This document shows, piece after piece, positions 24,211 to 32,000 of a DNA stretch of 32,000 nucleotides (position 1 is the first letter of the stretch; the number at the start of each line of letters is the position of its first letter). Position numbers and translations under genes: made by a program. The stretch comes from Desulfobulbus propionicus DSM 2032 (lineage in GTDB: Bacteria; Desulfobacterota; Desulfobulbia; Desulfobulbales; Desulfobulbaceae). Location: positions 2,790,001 to 2,822,000 of the forward strand of contig NC_014972.1 of the NCBI RefSeq assembly GCF_000186885.1. Direction: 5' to 3'. The notes beneath the pieces were generated by a model. The model had not been told where the DNA came from and ran no database searches. It saw only the letters and a list, made by a program, of their open reading frames with translations.

Positions 24211-26379
24211 TTATTGTCCGCTGACCGCCTTGCGCCACATCAGGCCGTATTTGATTCGGCACGACTCCCAGTATTCCGGAAAATTGCGGTAGGGGTCGGT
24301 CTTCTCGAAGAAGGTCATGAAGTCGTTCCACTCTTGGGTGAGTTCCATGCCCTGGGCGCTCATTTCGATCAATCGTTCGTAGCGATCTGAATCGTTCAAC
24401 CGCATCAGCTCCTCTTCCAGGGCTTTGGCGACCGCCTCCTGTTGCAACCGTGTGGCCTCTTCCACTTCCCGGCGAAGTTTCTCGGCATCCAGGCTGATCA
24501 TTTTGCAGTTGGACGTGTCGATGGTCTGGATTTCACCGTTCAGCACCCCGATCTCGGCCATCTGCCGGCGGTGCTCGGGCAGGATCTCGTCCTTGAGCAG
24601 AGACCGGGCCGAGGCCGAGGCCTGTTTTTCCTGGTTCTTCTTCAGGGCGATGTGCTGGCGCAGTTTTTCCTTATCTCCCTCGTTACCCAGCTGGGCTGCC
24701 GCCGGGTGCACCTTCTCCACCGGGGTGGCCTCGCAGATCAGTTCGCCCTGTTGATCGAGCACCCAGATCGAGCTGGTATCCTGGAGGTCATAGCGGATGG
24801 ACACTTTATGCCGGCGGCCATAGAGGGCTGGGTGGTAGTAGTTCTGGCCCCGGAAGGTGATACCGTTGCGGTGGATGGTCTTGATTTCCAGGCTCATCAT
24901 CAGCCAGATCAGCTCGGTCTTATCGACACCCGGCCCCTTGCCCTCGACAAAGACCTCCATCGGGTTCCTGCCGTTCAGGTGGCCCCGTTGGGGCCGCTTG
25001 GCGTACTCATCGAACCAGAAGGCGATCAGGGTGTGGGCCTCTTCCAGGCTAAGGCAGCGGCTGCCAAACTGCTGCTCGTGGATTGTGCGGTGCAGTTTCT
25101 CCCCTCGCAGCATCCGGGGCGGCTTATGCTCGATGCTGGTCCCGGTATAGCCGGGGACCAGTCGTTCCAGTTCGGCAAAGGAGCCGAAGAACCGTTCGAC
25201 CGTCTTCGATTGGCCGTGATAGGGCCAGGCATAGATGGTCTGGCAGCCCATGCGTTCATAGAGGCCGGCATATCCTGCCTCGTCGAAGTTCTGGGAGCCC
25301 TTGAAAAACCTGGCCTTGAAGGCTCGGCCGTTGTCCAGGTAAACCACCCGGGGATACTTGCCCAGCCGCAGGACCGCTCGGCGCAGCGCACTGGAAATGG
25401 CGGCCGTGTTCTCGGTCGGCATGATCTCCCAGCCAAGCGGCATGTTGGAGGCCATATCGTAGAACAGGATGAGGGTCATGTGGTTCTGCGGTTTGCCGGT
25501 CCAGGGGTTGATGATCTCGAAGTTGAGGTTGTGGCCGTCGGCCACGATCACATCCCCCACGTTCAACAAATTCATGTCGCGCTCGATGTACATCGCGCAC
25601 TGGTCGTTCCAGGCCTTGGCGCCCTCGCGGGAGAATACCCACAGATGGTGGTTGCGTTCCTTCCAGTGATGGAGCCATCTCCGATAGGTGGCCTCGCTGT
25701 GGGTGTTGTCGATGCCCTGCTGTTCCATAACCGCCTTGGCCACGCGGTAGGCCTCCGAGATCCTCGGCCGGTTGGGCCGGAGCACGCAGCGGAGGAAGAT
25801 CTCGGTCTGCTGTTCCGTCAATCCACACTTGCCTCGTAGATGGGCGCCACGCTTATCGGCCAGGAAGAAGCAGTCATTGCCATGTTTGCGCACCTTGACT
25901 GACCAACTCTCGATGGTCTTCCAGCTTACCGGTCCAAGTTGTTCGTAGAGGTGCGGCCAGGTCAGGCCGGAGTTGTATGCCTGCTCGAATTTCACCCGCG
26001 CTTGGGTTTTGTCGCCCCAGTCAGCGGTGGCCAGTGCCCGATTGTACAAGGCGAGCAAGGCAGCCTTGTGCTGCATTTTCTCCTCCATGCGTTTGGTCAT
26101 CGGAGGTGGAGCAGTCTGTGCGCAGGGTGTGGAGATGGTTGCAGGAAAAAGGGAAACCGGGCTGCTTGGTGCCGAAGGTTGCAGGTTGCCGACACTTTGT
26201 CGCAAGGCAATGGCTGTTTGCACTGCCTTGGGGAGCCGATCGAGAAGATAGCGTTTCTCTTTGCCGCCTCGAACATCGGTCTCTTGATAGGGCCATTGTT
26301 CCTTATTGGCCCTTCGTTGAGCCGATGTCCGGTGGATGCCAAGCGCCTCGGCAATCTCGTTGATTGTTACCTGTTCCAT
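24211..26379 (-). CDS. MuA-like transposase
   Basis: Start MEQVTINEIAEALGIHRTSAQRRANKEQWPYQE; DDE core VIVADGHNLNFEI...VVYLDNGRAFKARF...GQSKTVERFFG. Track start 26436 extends past the likely ATG. Confidence 0.93.
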   Translation of the reverse strand: MEQVTINEIAEALGIHRTSAQRRANKEQWPYQETDVRGGKEKRYLLDRLPKAVQTAIALRQSVGNLQPSAPSSPVSLFPATISTPCAQTAPPPMTKRMEEKMQHKAALLALYNRALATADWGDKTQARVKFEQAYNSGLTWPHLYEQLGPVSWKTIESWSVKVRKHGNDCFFLADKRGAHLRGKCGLTEQQTEIFLRCVLRPNRPRISEAYRVAKAVMEQQGIDNTHSEATYRRWLHHWKERNHHLWVFSREGAKAWNDQCAMYIERDMNLLNVGDVIVADGHNLNFEIINPWTGKPQNHMTLILFYDMASNMPLGWEIMPTENTAAISSALRRAVLRLGKYPRVVYLDNGRAFKARFFKGSQNFDEAGYAGLYERMGCQTIYAWPYHGQSKTVERFFGSFAELERLVPGYTGTSIEHKPPRMLRGEKLHRTIHEQQFGSRCLSLEEAHTLIAFWFDEYAKRPQRGHLNGRNPMEVFVEGKGPGVDKTELIWLMMSLEIKTIHRNGITFRGQNYYHPALYGRRHKVSIRYDLQDTSSIWVLDQQGELICEATPVEKVHPAAAQLGNEGDKEKLRQHIALKKNQEKQASASARSLLKDEILPEHRRQMAEIGVLNGEIQTIDTSNCKMISLDAEKLRREVEEATRLQQEAVAKALEEELMRLNDSDRYERLIEMSAQGMELTQEWNDFMTFFEKTDPYRNFPEYWESCRIKYGLMWRKAVSGQ

Positions 26380-26469
26380 CGTTGTCCCTTGCTTGCAAAA
26401 ATCCATCTTCGTGCTACTTTGATCATCGAAAAACAACGAATTATCAATATTTCGCGAAAGGATGGAAAC

Positions 26470-26646
26470 ATGGAAAAAGAGATCATGACGTCAATCATCA
26501 CTGCTGGCGCTGCTCTCTCCGGCGTCGCGGTGTCGCAACTCGGCGGCATCGTCCGGTCACTATTCGATAAAAACAACGAACGAACCGTACTGCTGCGGTC
26601 AAAGCTCGAAGAGCTGGCGGACAACTTGCACAGGACAACGGAGTAG
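26470..26646 (+). CDS. small hypothetical protein divergent from transposase (frame continues beyond a TAG)
   Basis: 58 aa, MEKEIMTSIITAGAALSGVAVSQLGGIVRSLFDKNNERTVLLRSKLEELADNLHRTTE; opposite strand to the surrounding early genes. Confidence 0.5.
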   Translation: MEKEIMTSIITAGAALSGVAVSQLGGIVRSLFDKNNERTVLLRSKLEELADNLHRTTE

Positions 26647-26655
26647 TTCGATTGG

Positions 26656-26949
26656 TTGGCGAAGACTGTTTCTGAGAAGGGTGCTCGCCCAGTAACATCA
26701 AGTGGAGGTCCCATCTCTGTTGCCACGTCATCCGAGGCCCGCCGCGTTTATGTGCTTTCATTGCTGTACTTTCCATCAATGAGGGAAGAGGCGAGAACAC
26801 TGCTCAACTCTTCCTACGAGTTTTATCTGCTTATGCAGAGCCTTGATAACTTCGACCCGCAAAAGCTAACCGAGATCACCTCGAATTACCGGGCCGCGAA
26901 AAAAGCTTTGGACGACCTCACATCCCTTGAGGCCGAGAAAATCACCTGA
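26656..26949 (+). CDS. hypothetical protein, same reading frame as 26470-26646 after an in-frame TAG
   Basis: 97 aa from a TTG; helical, ...SLLYFPSMREEARTLLNSSYEFYLLMQSLDNFDPQKL... Confidence 0.4.
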   Translation: MAKTVSEKGARPVTSSGGPISVATSSEARRVYVLSLLYFPSMREEARTLLNSSYEFYLLMQSLDNFDPQKLTEITSNYRAAKKALDDLTSLEAEKIT

Positions 26950-26975
26950 CATCATTCGGCGCCTGGTTGTATGCA

Positions 26976-27188
26976 TCATGCCGCCTTCTCCATGCTCTTT
27001 GGAAGGTCGAGATAGTGTTCCGGGCAGCCCTGATCTTTCAGATATTGGAGAACCTTCCGAAGATTCTTCTTGCCGTCGATGGTCAGTGAAACCGGGGTAT
27101 GGTTGCGATAACCGAGGGCACGTCTGGCCGATTCGACAGTCATTTGGTGGCGAAGCATCCATATCCGTATCTCGGTCGAGTTCCTCAT
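26976..27188 (-). CDS. small phage early regulator-like protein
   Basis: 70 aa, MRNSTEIRIWMLRHQMTVESARRALGYRNHTPVSLTIDGKKNLRKVLQYLKDQGC; adjacent to repressor/Ner region. Confidence 0.55.
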   Translation of the reverse strand: MRNSTEIRIWMLRHQMTVESARRALGYRNHTPVSLTIDGKKNLRKVLQYLKDQGCPEHYLDLPKSMEKAA

Positions 27189-27661
27189 CCCAGCTCCTCT
27201 TCGATCTTCTTCATCTTCTTCCGCAGTGCCTTGGTCTTTTGGTACACCCTGGCCCACTCGAGCAGTTTCACATCCTCGCCTTCGATGACCATTCCACCAA
27301 GAGTGGCGACCATCACCGCCATCGGTTGCACCGTGCCCAGGGCTGCACATAAGAGTGATAGTGCCTTGATACCTGGCACCCGGCTGTCGTCTTCCACGTT
27401 CAGCCATTTCTCAAACAGGTCCTTGCTCACGCCAGCCTTGCCATTGATGGGCACATTATGTCGGCGGGCCAACTCGTTCATCCGGTCCAACACCTGATCC
27501 CGCGACTGGCCGGAGGCCTTCACCGCCTGGTTCAAGGCCTCCTTCACATCGCGGACAACCGTGTGCAGTCCGGAATTGCTGAAGATTGTCAGTTGGGTAG
27601 GTGGCAAAGTTCGTGCTCCTGTCCGCCGATGTGGCACTGCGTGTCCTATTTTTGATGACAC
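27185..27661 (-). CDS. Mu-like prophage early DNA-binding-like protein (exact start uncertain)
   Basis: C-terminal part VVRDVKEALNQAVKASGQSRDQVLDRMNELARRHNVPINGKAGVSKDLFEKWLN... looks genuine; N-terminal part of the track ORF probably is not. Confidence 0.6.
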   Translation of the reverse strand: MSSKIGHAVPHRRTGARTLPPTQLTIFSNSGLHTVVRDVKEALNQAVKASGQSRDQVLDRMNELARRHNVPINGKAGVSKDLFEKWLNVEDDSRVPGIKALSLLCAALGTVQPMAVMVATLGGMVIEGEDVKLLEWARVYQKTKALRKKMKKIEEELG

Positions 27662-27740
27662 GCGGACGTTGTAAAAACATCCGGCCTCTGATACTGTCCA
27701 TTTATGGAACTTTCGTTTCCTTATCGGTCGTGATAGTCGC

Positions 27741-27773
27741 CCATTTTTGGCAAATTGTCAATGCCAAAAATGG
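27741..27773. promoter_or_regulatory. inverted repeat, candidate repressor operator
   Basis: CCATTTTTGGCA-aattgtcaa-TGCCAAAAATGG, 12-bp perfect arms, 9-nt spacer. Confidence 0.6.
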
Positions 27774-27877
27774 CGCACAGCTTTATTTTGGGCTGATACG
27801 CGGGTTTGCTTCACAAAAAATACGATAAATCAGCGTTATAAAGGGAGCGGTGCGTACAGAAAAAACGCACAGCTTTC

Positions 27878-27906
27878 TGCACAGCTTTCCAAAATTAAGC
27901 TGTGCA
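27878..27906. promoter_or_regulatory. second inverted repeat, candidate operator
   Basis: TGCACAGCTT-tccaaaatt-AAGCTGTGCA, 10-bp perfect arms, 9-nt spacer; extra GCACAGCTTT copies at 27775-27784 and 27867-27876. Confidence 0.6.
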
Positions 27907-27934
27907 CCGGAATTGATCATTCAAAGGTGGGCGA

Positions 27935-28681
27935 ATGAGTCTTGGAAACAGAATTAAATCCGTCAGAGGAACCCTTTCCCAAAAAGAGTTTAGCGATGTG
28001 TGCAAGGTTGGGATTTCTACGCTTAGGCGTTATGAGTCAGGAGTAAACCCTCCTGACTCCGATTTTTTATGCGCTATCGTTGATAATTATAATATCAACC
28101 CTATGTGGCTGTTGAGTGGTGAGGGGCCGATGTACCGAGAAAGAAACACGGATCCGCACGGTGCCAGTACTAATTCAACCAGCGCAAAGATACCGCAACG
28201 GCCTGTTTATATGGACGATAGCGGCCAAGTAGTCATCCCCCAATGGCAGAATCCCGATCCAGAGATGTTCGATTACATCCCTATGGCGGAAACGCAACTT
28301 TCCGCAGGGGGAGGAGCCTTTGTTATCTCGGAAGAGATCGAAGGATATTATGCATTTAGAAAAAGCTGGCTGAGCAGAGTCGCATCCAGCACCAAGAACT
28401 TGGTACTCATGCGGGTTCTCGGAGACTCGATGTCGCCAACCATTCAGGAAGACGACACAGTGATGATCGATATCGGGAAAAGATCGATAAAGGAGGGAAT
28501 GATCTACGCCATCCGCTTTGATTCCACAGTCATGATTAAGCGGTTGGCCTTTCGCCCTGGCGGGCGCATCATGATAATCTCAGACAATCGGCACGAATAC
28601 GAGCCTTACGAAGCCGACATGAGGGAACTGCACATCATCGGCCAGATCATTTTTTTCTGCCGAACCTTCGCCACCGAATAG
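27935..28681 (+). CDS. phage repressor, HTH (XRE) plus S24/LexA-type peptidase domain
   Basis: 248 aa; N-terminal HTH, C-terminal VLMRVLGDSMSPTIQEDDTVMID...IYAIRFDSTVMIKRL. Confidence 0.9.
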   Translation: MSLGNRIKSVRGTLSQKEFSDVCKVGISTLRRYESGVNPPDSDFLCAIVDNYNINPMWLLSGEGPMYRERNTDPHGASTNSTSAKIPQRPVYMDDSGQVVIPQWQNPDPEMFDYIPMAETQLSAGGGAFVISEEIEGYYAFRKSWLSRVASSTKNLVLMRVLGDSMSPTIQEDDTVMIDIGKRSIKEGMIYAIRFDSTVMIKRLAFRPGGRIMIISDNRHEYEPYEADMRELHIIGQIIFFCRTFATE

Positions 28682-28964
28682 AGGTAGTTTCAGCCAGCAT
28701 TAACTTTCTCGCTCTTGATGCAAAATCCTGCCAATTTCACCCCAAAACCGAAAAGTTTCTTGTTTTAGAAATTTGTCCGCAAAATTTTTTCCAGACGTCC
28801 ACAAATGCCCATAGCGTTTGGAAAAAGTGCCATAAAAGTATCACCATTCCACGCTATTCAAAGTTTCTGGGTTTATGTGCCCCCCTATACCCCTATATGC
28901 AGAATCTCGCGCGAGTTTACAATATACGGGACAGGAGCGGGATAAATTGTCCTAGAAACAAAAA

Positions 28965-28994
28965 AGCCACTTAGCAAAAACTTGCTAAGTGGCT
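28965..28994 (-). terminator. rho-independent terminator downstream of tRNA-Arg
   Basis: AGCCACTTAGCAA-AAAC-TTGCTAAGTGGCT, 13-bp perfect stem; T-rich tract TTTTTGTTTC on the minus strand. Confidence 0.85.
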
Positions 28995-29002
28995 GATATT
29001 AC

Positions 29003-29079
29003 TGGTGAACGAGGCGGGATTCGAACCCGCGACCTTTGGCTTCGGAGGCCAACACTCTATCCAGCTGAGCTACCCGTCC
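29003..29079 (-). tRNA. tRNA-Arg (anticodon CCG), CCA encoded
   Basis: Minus strand GGACGGGTAGCTCAGCTGGATAGAGTGTTGGCCTCCGAAGCCAAAGGTCGCGGGTTCGAATCCCGCCTCGTTCACCA; 77 nt cloverleaf with TTGGC/GCCAA anticodon stem and GCGGG TTCGAAT CCCGC T-arm. Confidence 0.95.
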
Positions 29080-29243
29080 GTAATATATTTATTTTATCAC
29101 AGTGGCTTAAAACACTTGGCGCACACCGGTGCTTTTTTACCAAAAAGAGCTCCCAATTACCACAAGTATTCTCACTTTCAGCCTTCTTTTCTCTCCAGAC
29201 GACCGCTGACGCGCAATCCTCTCGAACAGCGGCAGCACAGGGG

Positions 29244-30299
29244 TCACACCCTGTAATAACGTCGGTACCAATCAACGAAGTTTCTGATTCCCTGTTCAAT
29301 GGACGTGGACGGTTTGAAACCGACCGCTTGCACCAAGTCGGCCACATCGGCATAGGTTGCGGGAACATCCCCATCCTGGAGCGGAAGAAAATTCTTACGA
29401 GCCTTTTTTCCCAGGCAGTCTTCCAGCACTTCGATGTAGCGCATCAGCTTTTCCTTCTTGTTGTTGCCGATGTTATACACCCGCCAGGGGCAATAGCTGG
29501 TGGCGGCGTCCGGTTGGTCGCCACTCCATTGCGAATTGGCCGAGGCCACGTGGTCAATAACCCGCACCACCCCTTCGGCAATATCGTCGATGTAGGTGAA
29601 ATCCCGCTCCATGTTGCCGTTGTTGAACACATTGATCGGCCGGTCTTCGAGAATGGCCTTGGTAAAGAGAAACAAGGCCATATCCGGCCGGCCCCAAGGA
29701 CCATAGACAGTAAAAAAGCGCAGTCCCGTGGTCGGAATATGAAACAGATGGCTATAGGTATGGGCCATCAGTTCGTTGGCCTTTTTCGAGGCGGCATAGA
29801 GGGAAACCGGGTGATCGACATTGTCATGCACCGAAAAGGGCATGCGGGTGTTGGCGCCATAGACCGAACTGGAAGACGCATAGACCAAATGCTTGACGCC
29901 GGTGTGGCGGCATCCTTCAAGGATATTGACAAAACCGACCAGATTGGTGTCCACGTAAGAGTGGGGATTGATCAACGAATAGCGTACCCCGGCCTGGGCA
30001 GCCAGGTTGACCACCGCATCGAACTGTTCACGGGCAAACAGGGCCGCCGTCCGCTCCCGGTCGGCCATGTCAAACTCGACATGGTGGAAGGCGGCGAAAG
30101 CCTGCAACTCGGCCAAGCGGTCCCGTTTGAGTTGCGGATCGTAATAATCGTTGAGATTATCGAGCCCGACAACCGAGCGCCCTTCCGCCAACAGTCGAAG
30201 GGTCAAGGCGTGACCAATGAAGCCGGCCGCGCCGGTAACCAATATCTTGTGCAACGCTTTCAATGCCTTCCTCCTCTCTTTCCCGCAGCCTGGAACCAC
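29244..30299 (-). CDS. NAD-dependent nucleotide-sugar epimerase (UDP-glucuronate 4-epimerase-like)
   Basis: 351 aa; [54 protein letters not shown]. Confidence 0.88.
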   Translation of the reverse strand: MVPGCGKERRKALKALHKILVTGAAGFIGHALTLRLLAEGRSVVGLDNLNDYYDPQLKRDRLAELQAFAAFHHVEFDMADRERTAALFAREQFDAVVNLAAQAGVRYSLINPHSYVDTNLVGFVNILEGCRHTGVKHLVYASSSSVYGANTRMPFSVHDNVDHPVSLYAASKKANELMAHTYSHLFHIPTTGLRFFTVYGPWGRPDMALFLFTKAILEDRPINVFNNGNMERDFTYIDDIAEGVVRVIDHVASANSQWSGDQPDAATSYCPWRVYNIGNNKKEKLMRYIEVLEDCLGKKARKNFLPLQDGDVPATYADVADLVQAVGFKPSTSIEQGIRNFVDWYRRYYRV

Positions 30300-30307
30300 G
30301 ATCCAGG

Positions 30308-31588
30308 TCAGTCGTCAAAATTCCCCTGCGGCCCCTTGTCGGTGGACAAGGTGGCGCCCCATTCCCTGATCTTGGCCACGGTCCAGTTCTCGGGCGACTC
30401 GATCCGGCCGGTTTTCGGACCGATATCGTAGGAACCGGCCTCAAGTATGGCCTCGACGCCAAAACGGGCGGTGTCTGCGGCATTGAACACTTCCACCAGC
30501 ATGGTGTAGATAAAATTTTCCACCCGCCGGGCCATCCGTTCACGAATTGCCTTGGGCTGGCCCATGATTTTATTTTCAAACGGCAGGTTCAAGTTCTTGT
30601 AATCGCCTGTTTTCCAACCCTTGCTCTCGGCATGGGCGCGCATCGCCTGCCATAGCTCCTCAGTGACACCCTCGCCGGGAATTTTGATAAAATCACCGTT
30701 GGCGTCAAGAGCCGCATTGCCATAATCGTTGACTTCCAATCCCCAGGAAACCATTTGCAACGCGGTGGCCACATTGGCCTTGGTGGTGTAGGTCTGGGCG
30801 GCGATTGCTCGCAGCCGATCGGAGTTGTTGCCCGAGGTGCCGTGTTGGGCTCCGGACACCGCATAACCGGCCAGCGCCTTGTGGATGTCGGCGGTCAGTT
30901 CCACCTGAATTCCTTGGGCGGATGCCTCGATGCCATGGGTCGTGCCGTTGTTGAGTGCGATCCAATCGGGAAAAATATCGTGCGCGTTGAGCCCCTGGAT
31001 GATGAACAAGGCCTCTTCCTTGGTGGACAGGCCAAGTTTACCTTTGATTTCCCCGACCTCGGTTTCCAGACCGGCCCAAACGGGAACATACTTGGCCAGT
31101 TCGATGCTGGCCAGCAGGTTGTCGGCATCGGGCATGTGCGAGGCGTCGATGGCGATTGAAGTGATGCCTGCCTCGAAGATGGTGGGGATTTCGACCGCCG
31201 CCACCGGCACATCCTCAGCCTTCTTGATGCCATAGTGATCGGCATGAATAGCCACCGGCACGGTAATGGCCAGCTCGTTGCACAGCGCGTCCACCTGACG
31301 GGCAATGTTCCAGTAGTTGACGGGGCAGTAGGCGTTAGCTCCGCCCTCGGATCGGGCAATCTCGATGATGATGGCCGCATGGGCCCGCTGCGCCGCCTGA
31401 AGGGCCCCACGGATAATCAAGTGATTTCGACCATTGGCGGCAATGGTCATCGCGCCACCCTTGGCCAGCATCGCGCGGTCGATCACCTTGCCGCTGACGA
31501 TCAGGGCGCGTGAATGGGGAAACAGGGTGCGAATATTCGGCGGCCGGCCGATCTCCAGGGCTTTTTCAAAATCAGCTATATAGGACAT
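30308..31588 (-). CDS. class II fructose-bisphosphate aldolase family protein
   Basis: 426 aa; [55 protein letters not shown]-like active-site segments. Confidence 0.8.
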   Translation of the reverse strand: MSYIADFEKALEIGRPPNIRTLFPHSRALIVSGKVIDRAMLAKGGAMTIAANGRNHLIIRGALQAAQRAHAAIIIEIARSEGGANAYCPVNYWNIARQVDALCNELAITVPVAIHADHYGIKKAEDVPVAAVEIPTIFEAGITSIAIDASHMPDADNLLASIELAKYVPVWAGLETEVGEIKGKLGLSTKEEALFIIQGLNAHDIFPDWIALNNGTTHGIEASAQGIQVELTADIHKALAGYAVSGAQHGTSGNNSDRLRAIAAQTYTTKANVATALQMVSWGLEVNDYGNAALDANGDFIKIPGEGVTEELWQAMRAHAESKGWKTGDYKNLNLPFENKIMGQPKAIRERMARRVENFIYTMLVEVFNAADTARFGVEAILEAGSYDIGPKTGRIESPENWTVAKIREWGATLSTDKGPQGNFDD

Positions 31589-31739
31589 GCGTTCCCTCCT
31601 ATTGACAATGCATCTGGTTCAAGATTGGGCGTTTTTTCATTCATGCAAACAATACCGCTGCCACACATAAAGTAAACGAGTCCGGCGTGAGTCGGCAAGG
31701 ACAAATCCATCGTGTTCCGGGGGGGCCTGTTGCTCGCCC

Positions 31740-32000
31740 TCACAGCGGGCCTCGTTGCTCGTCGCCCTCGCCTTCGGCGTCAAAACCGGCCGGCTTTGCC
31801 TCGGTTTTGGACGGAAAACCTGCCAAGGTCGTGCGGGCGAAGAGAACCACCGCGAGGATACTGATTTCGTAGAGCACGATCAACGGTCCGGCCATCAGCA
31901 GTTGGTTGACCACGTCCGGGGTGGGAGTCAGGATGGCGGCAAGGACAAAGGCTATCAAGAGCGCATACTTACGGTTCTTTTTCAAGAACGATCCGCTGAC
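31740..32000 (-). CDS. tatC: Sec-independent protein translocase TatC, C-terminal part (runs off right edge)
   Basis: [48 protein letters not shown] is the conserved TatC C-terminal region. Confidence 0.88.
   Translation of the reverse strand, partial: VSGSFLKKNRKYALLIAFVLAAILTPTPDVVNQLLMAGPLIVLYEISILAVVLFARTTLAGFPSKTEAKPAGFDAEGEGDEQRGPL

Larger units (their letters stand above)
1..28921 (-). mobile_element. Mu-like transposable prophage (partial; continues left of the window)
   Basis: Recognisable Mu-type gene order: repressor, MuA, MuB, GemA, Mor, endolysin, gp27/28/29, F, G, I, T, gp35/36/37, tail genes. The right boundary is approximate, near ...GAGTTTACA at 28913-28921, which reads TGTAAACTC on the minus strand. 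Confidence 0.9.

Noticed and set aside
28921-29079. Site-specific integration at tRNA-Arg
   Set aside because: The element is transposase-driven with no tyrosine integrase seen, and the tRNA plus its terminator are intact outside the element; proximity is probably chance.
31720-31815. CTCGCC-rich repeats and CAAAACCG...CGGTTTTG hairpin near the 3' end of tatC
   Set aside because: The hairpin lies within the TatC C-terminal coding tail and the T run is too short to call a terminator with confidence.
1-32000. CRISPR arrays, diversity-generating retroelements, retrons
   Set aside because: No regularly spaced repeat array and no reverse transcriptase-like ORF seen in any frame of the supplied track.

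Overview
Nearly the whole window (1 to about 28921) is a Mu-like transposable prophage read right to left on the minus strand. From right to left it has: a plus-strand HTH/S24 repressor; a small early regulator pair; MuA-type transposase; MuB-type ATPase; early/middle genes (DUF3164-like, GemA/gp16, Mor-like activator); lysis genes; gp27/28/29; gpF, gpG, gpI and gpT; gp35/36/37-like genes; a tail-tube-like gene; a chaperone-like gene; and the start of a tape-measure gene that runs off the left edge. The plus-strand ORF 124..1950 is the antisense shadow of that tape-measure gene. Between the endolysin and the Mor-like regulator sits a 5.7-kb, five-gene, plus-strand block (14514-20236) that looks like defence cargo. 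It encodes a fused HsdR_N-type nuclease/N6-adenine methylase; an HsdS-like specificity protein joined to it at a T7 slippery junction; a translationally coupled HEPN-like protein; and a two-gene pair (soluble 300 aa plus four-TM 174 aa) whose layout and some sequence features resemble lambda RexA/RexB. The right flank is host chromosome: tRNA-Arg(CCG) with a strong terminator, a nucleotide-sugar epimerase, a class II fructose-bisphosphate aldolase and the C-terminus of TatC. All family calls come from recognising the translated sequences. No database search was run.
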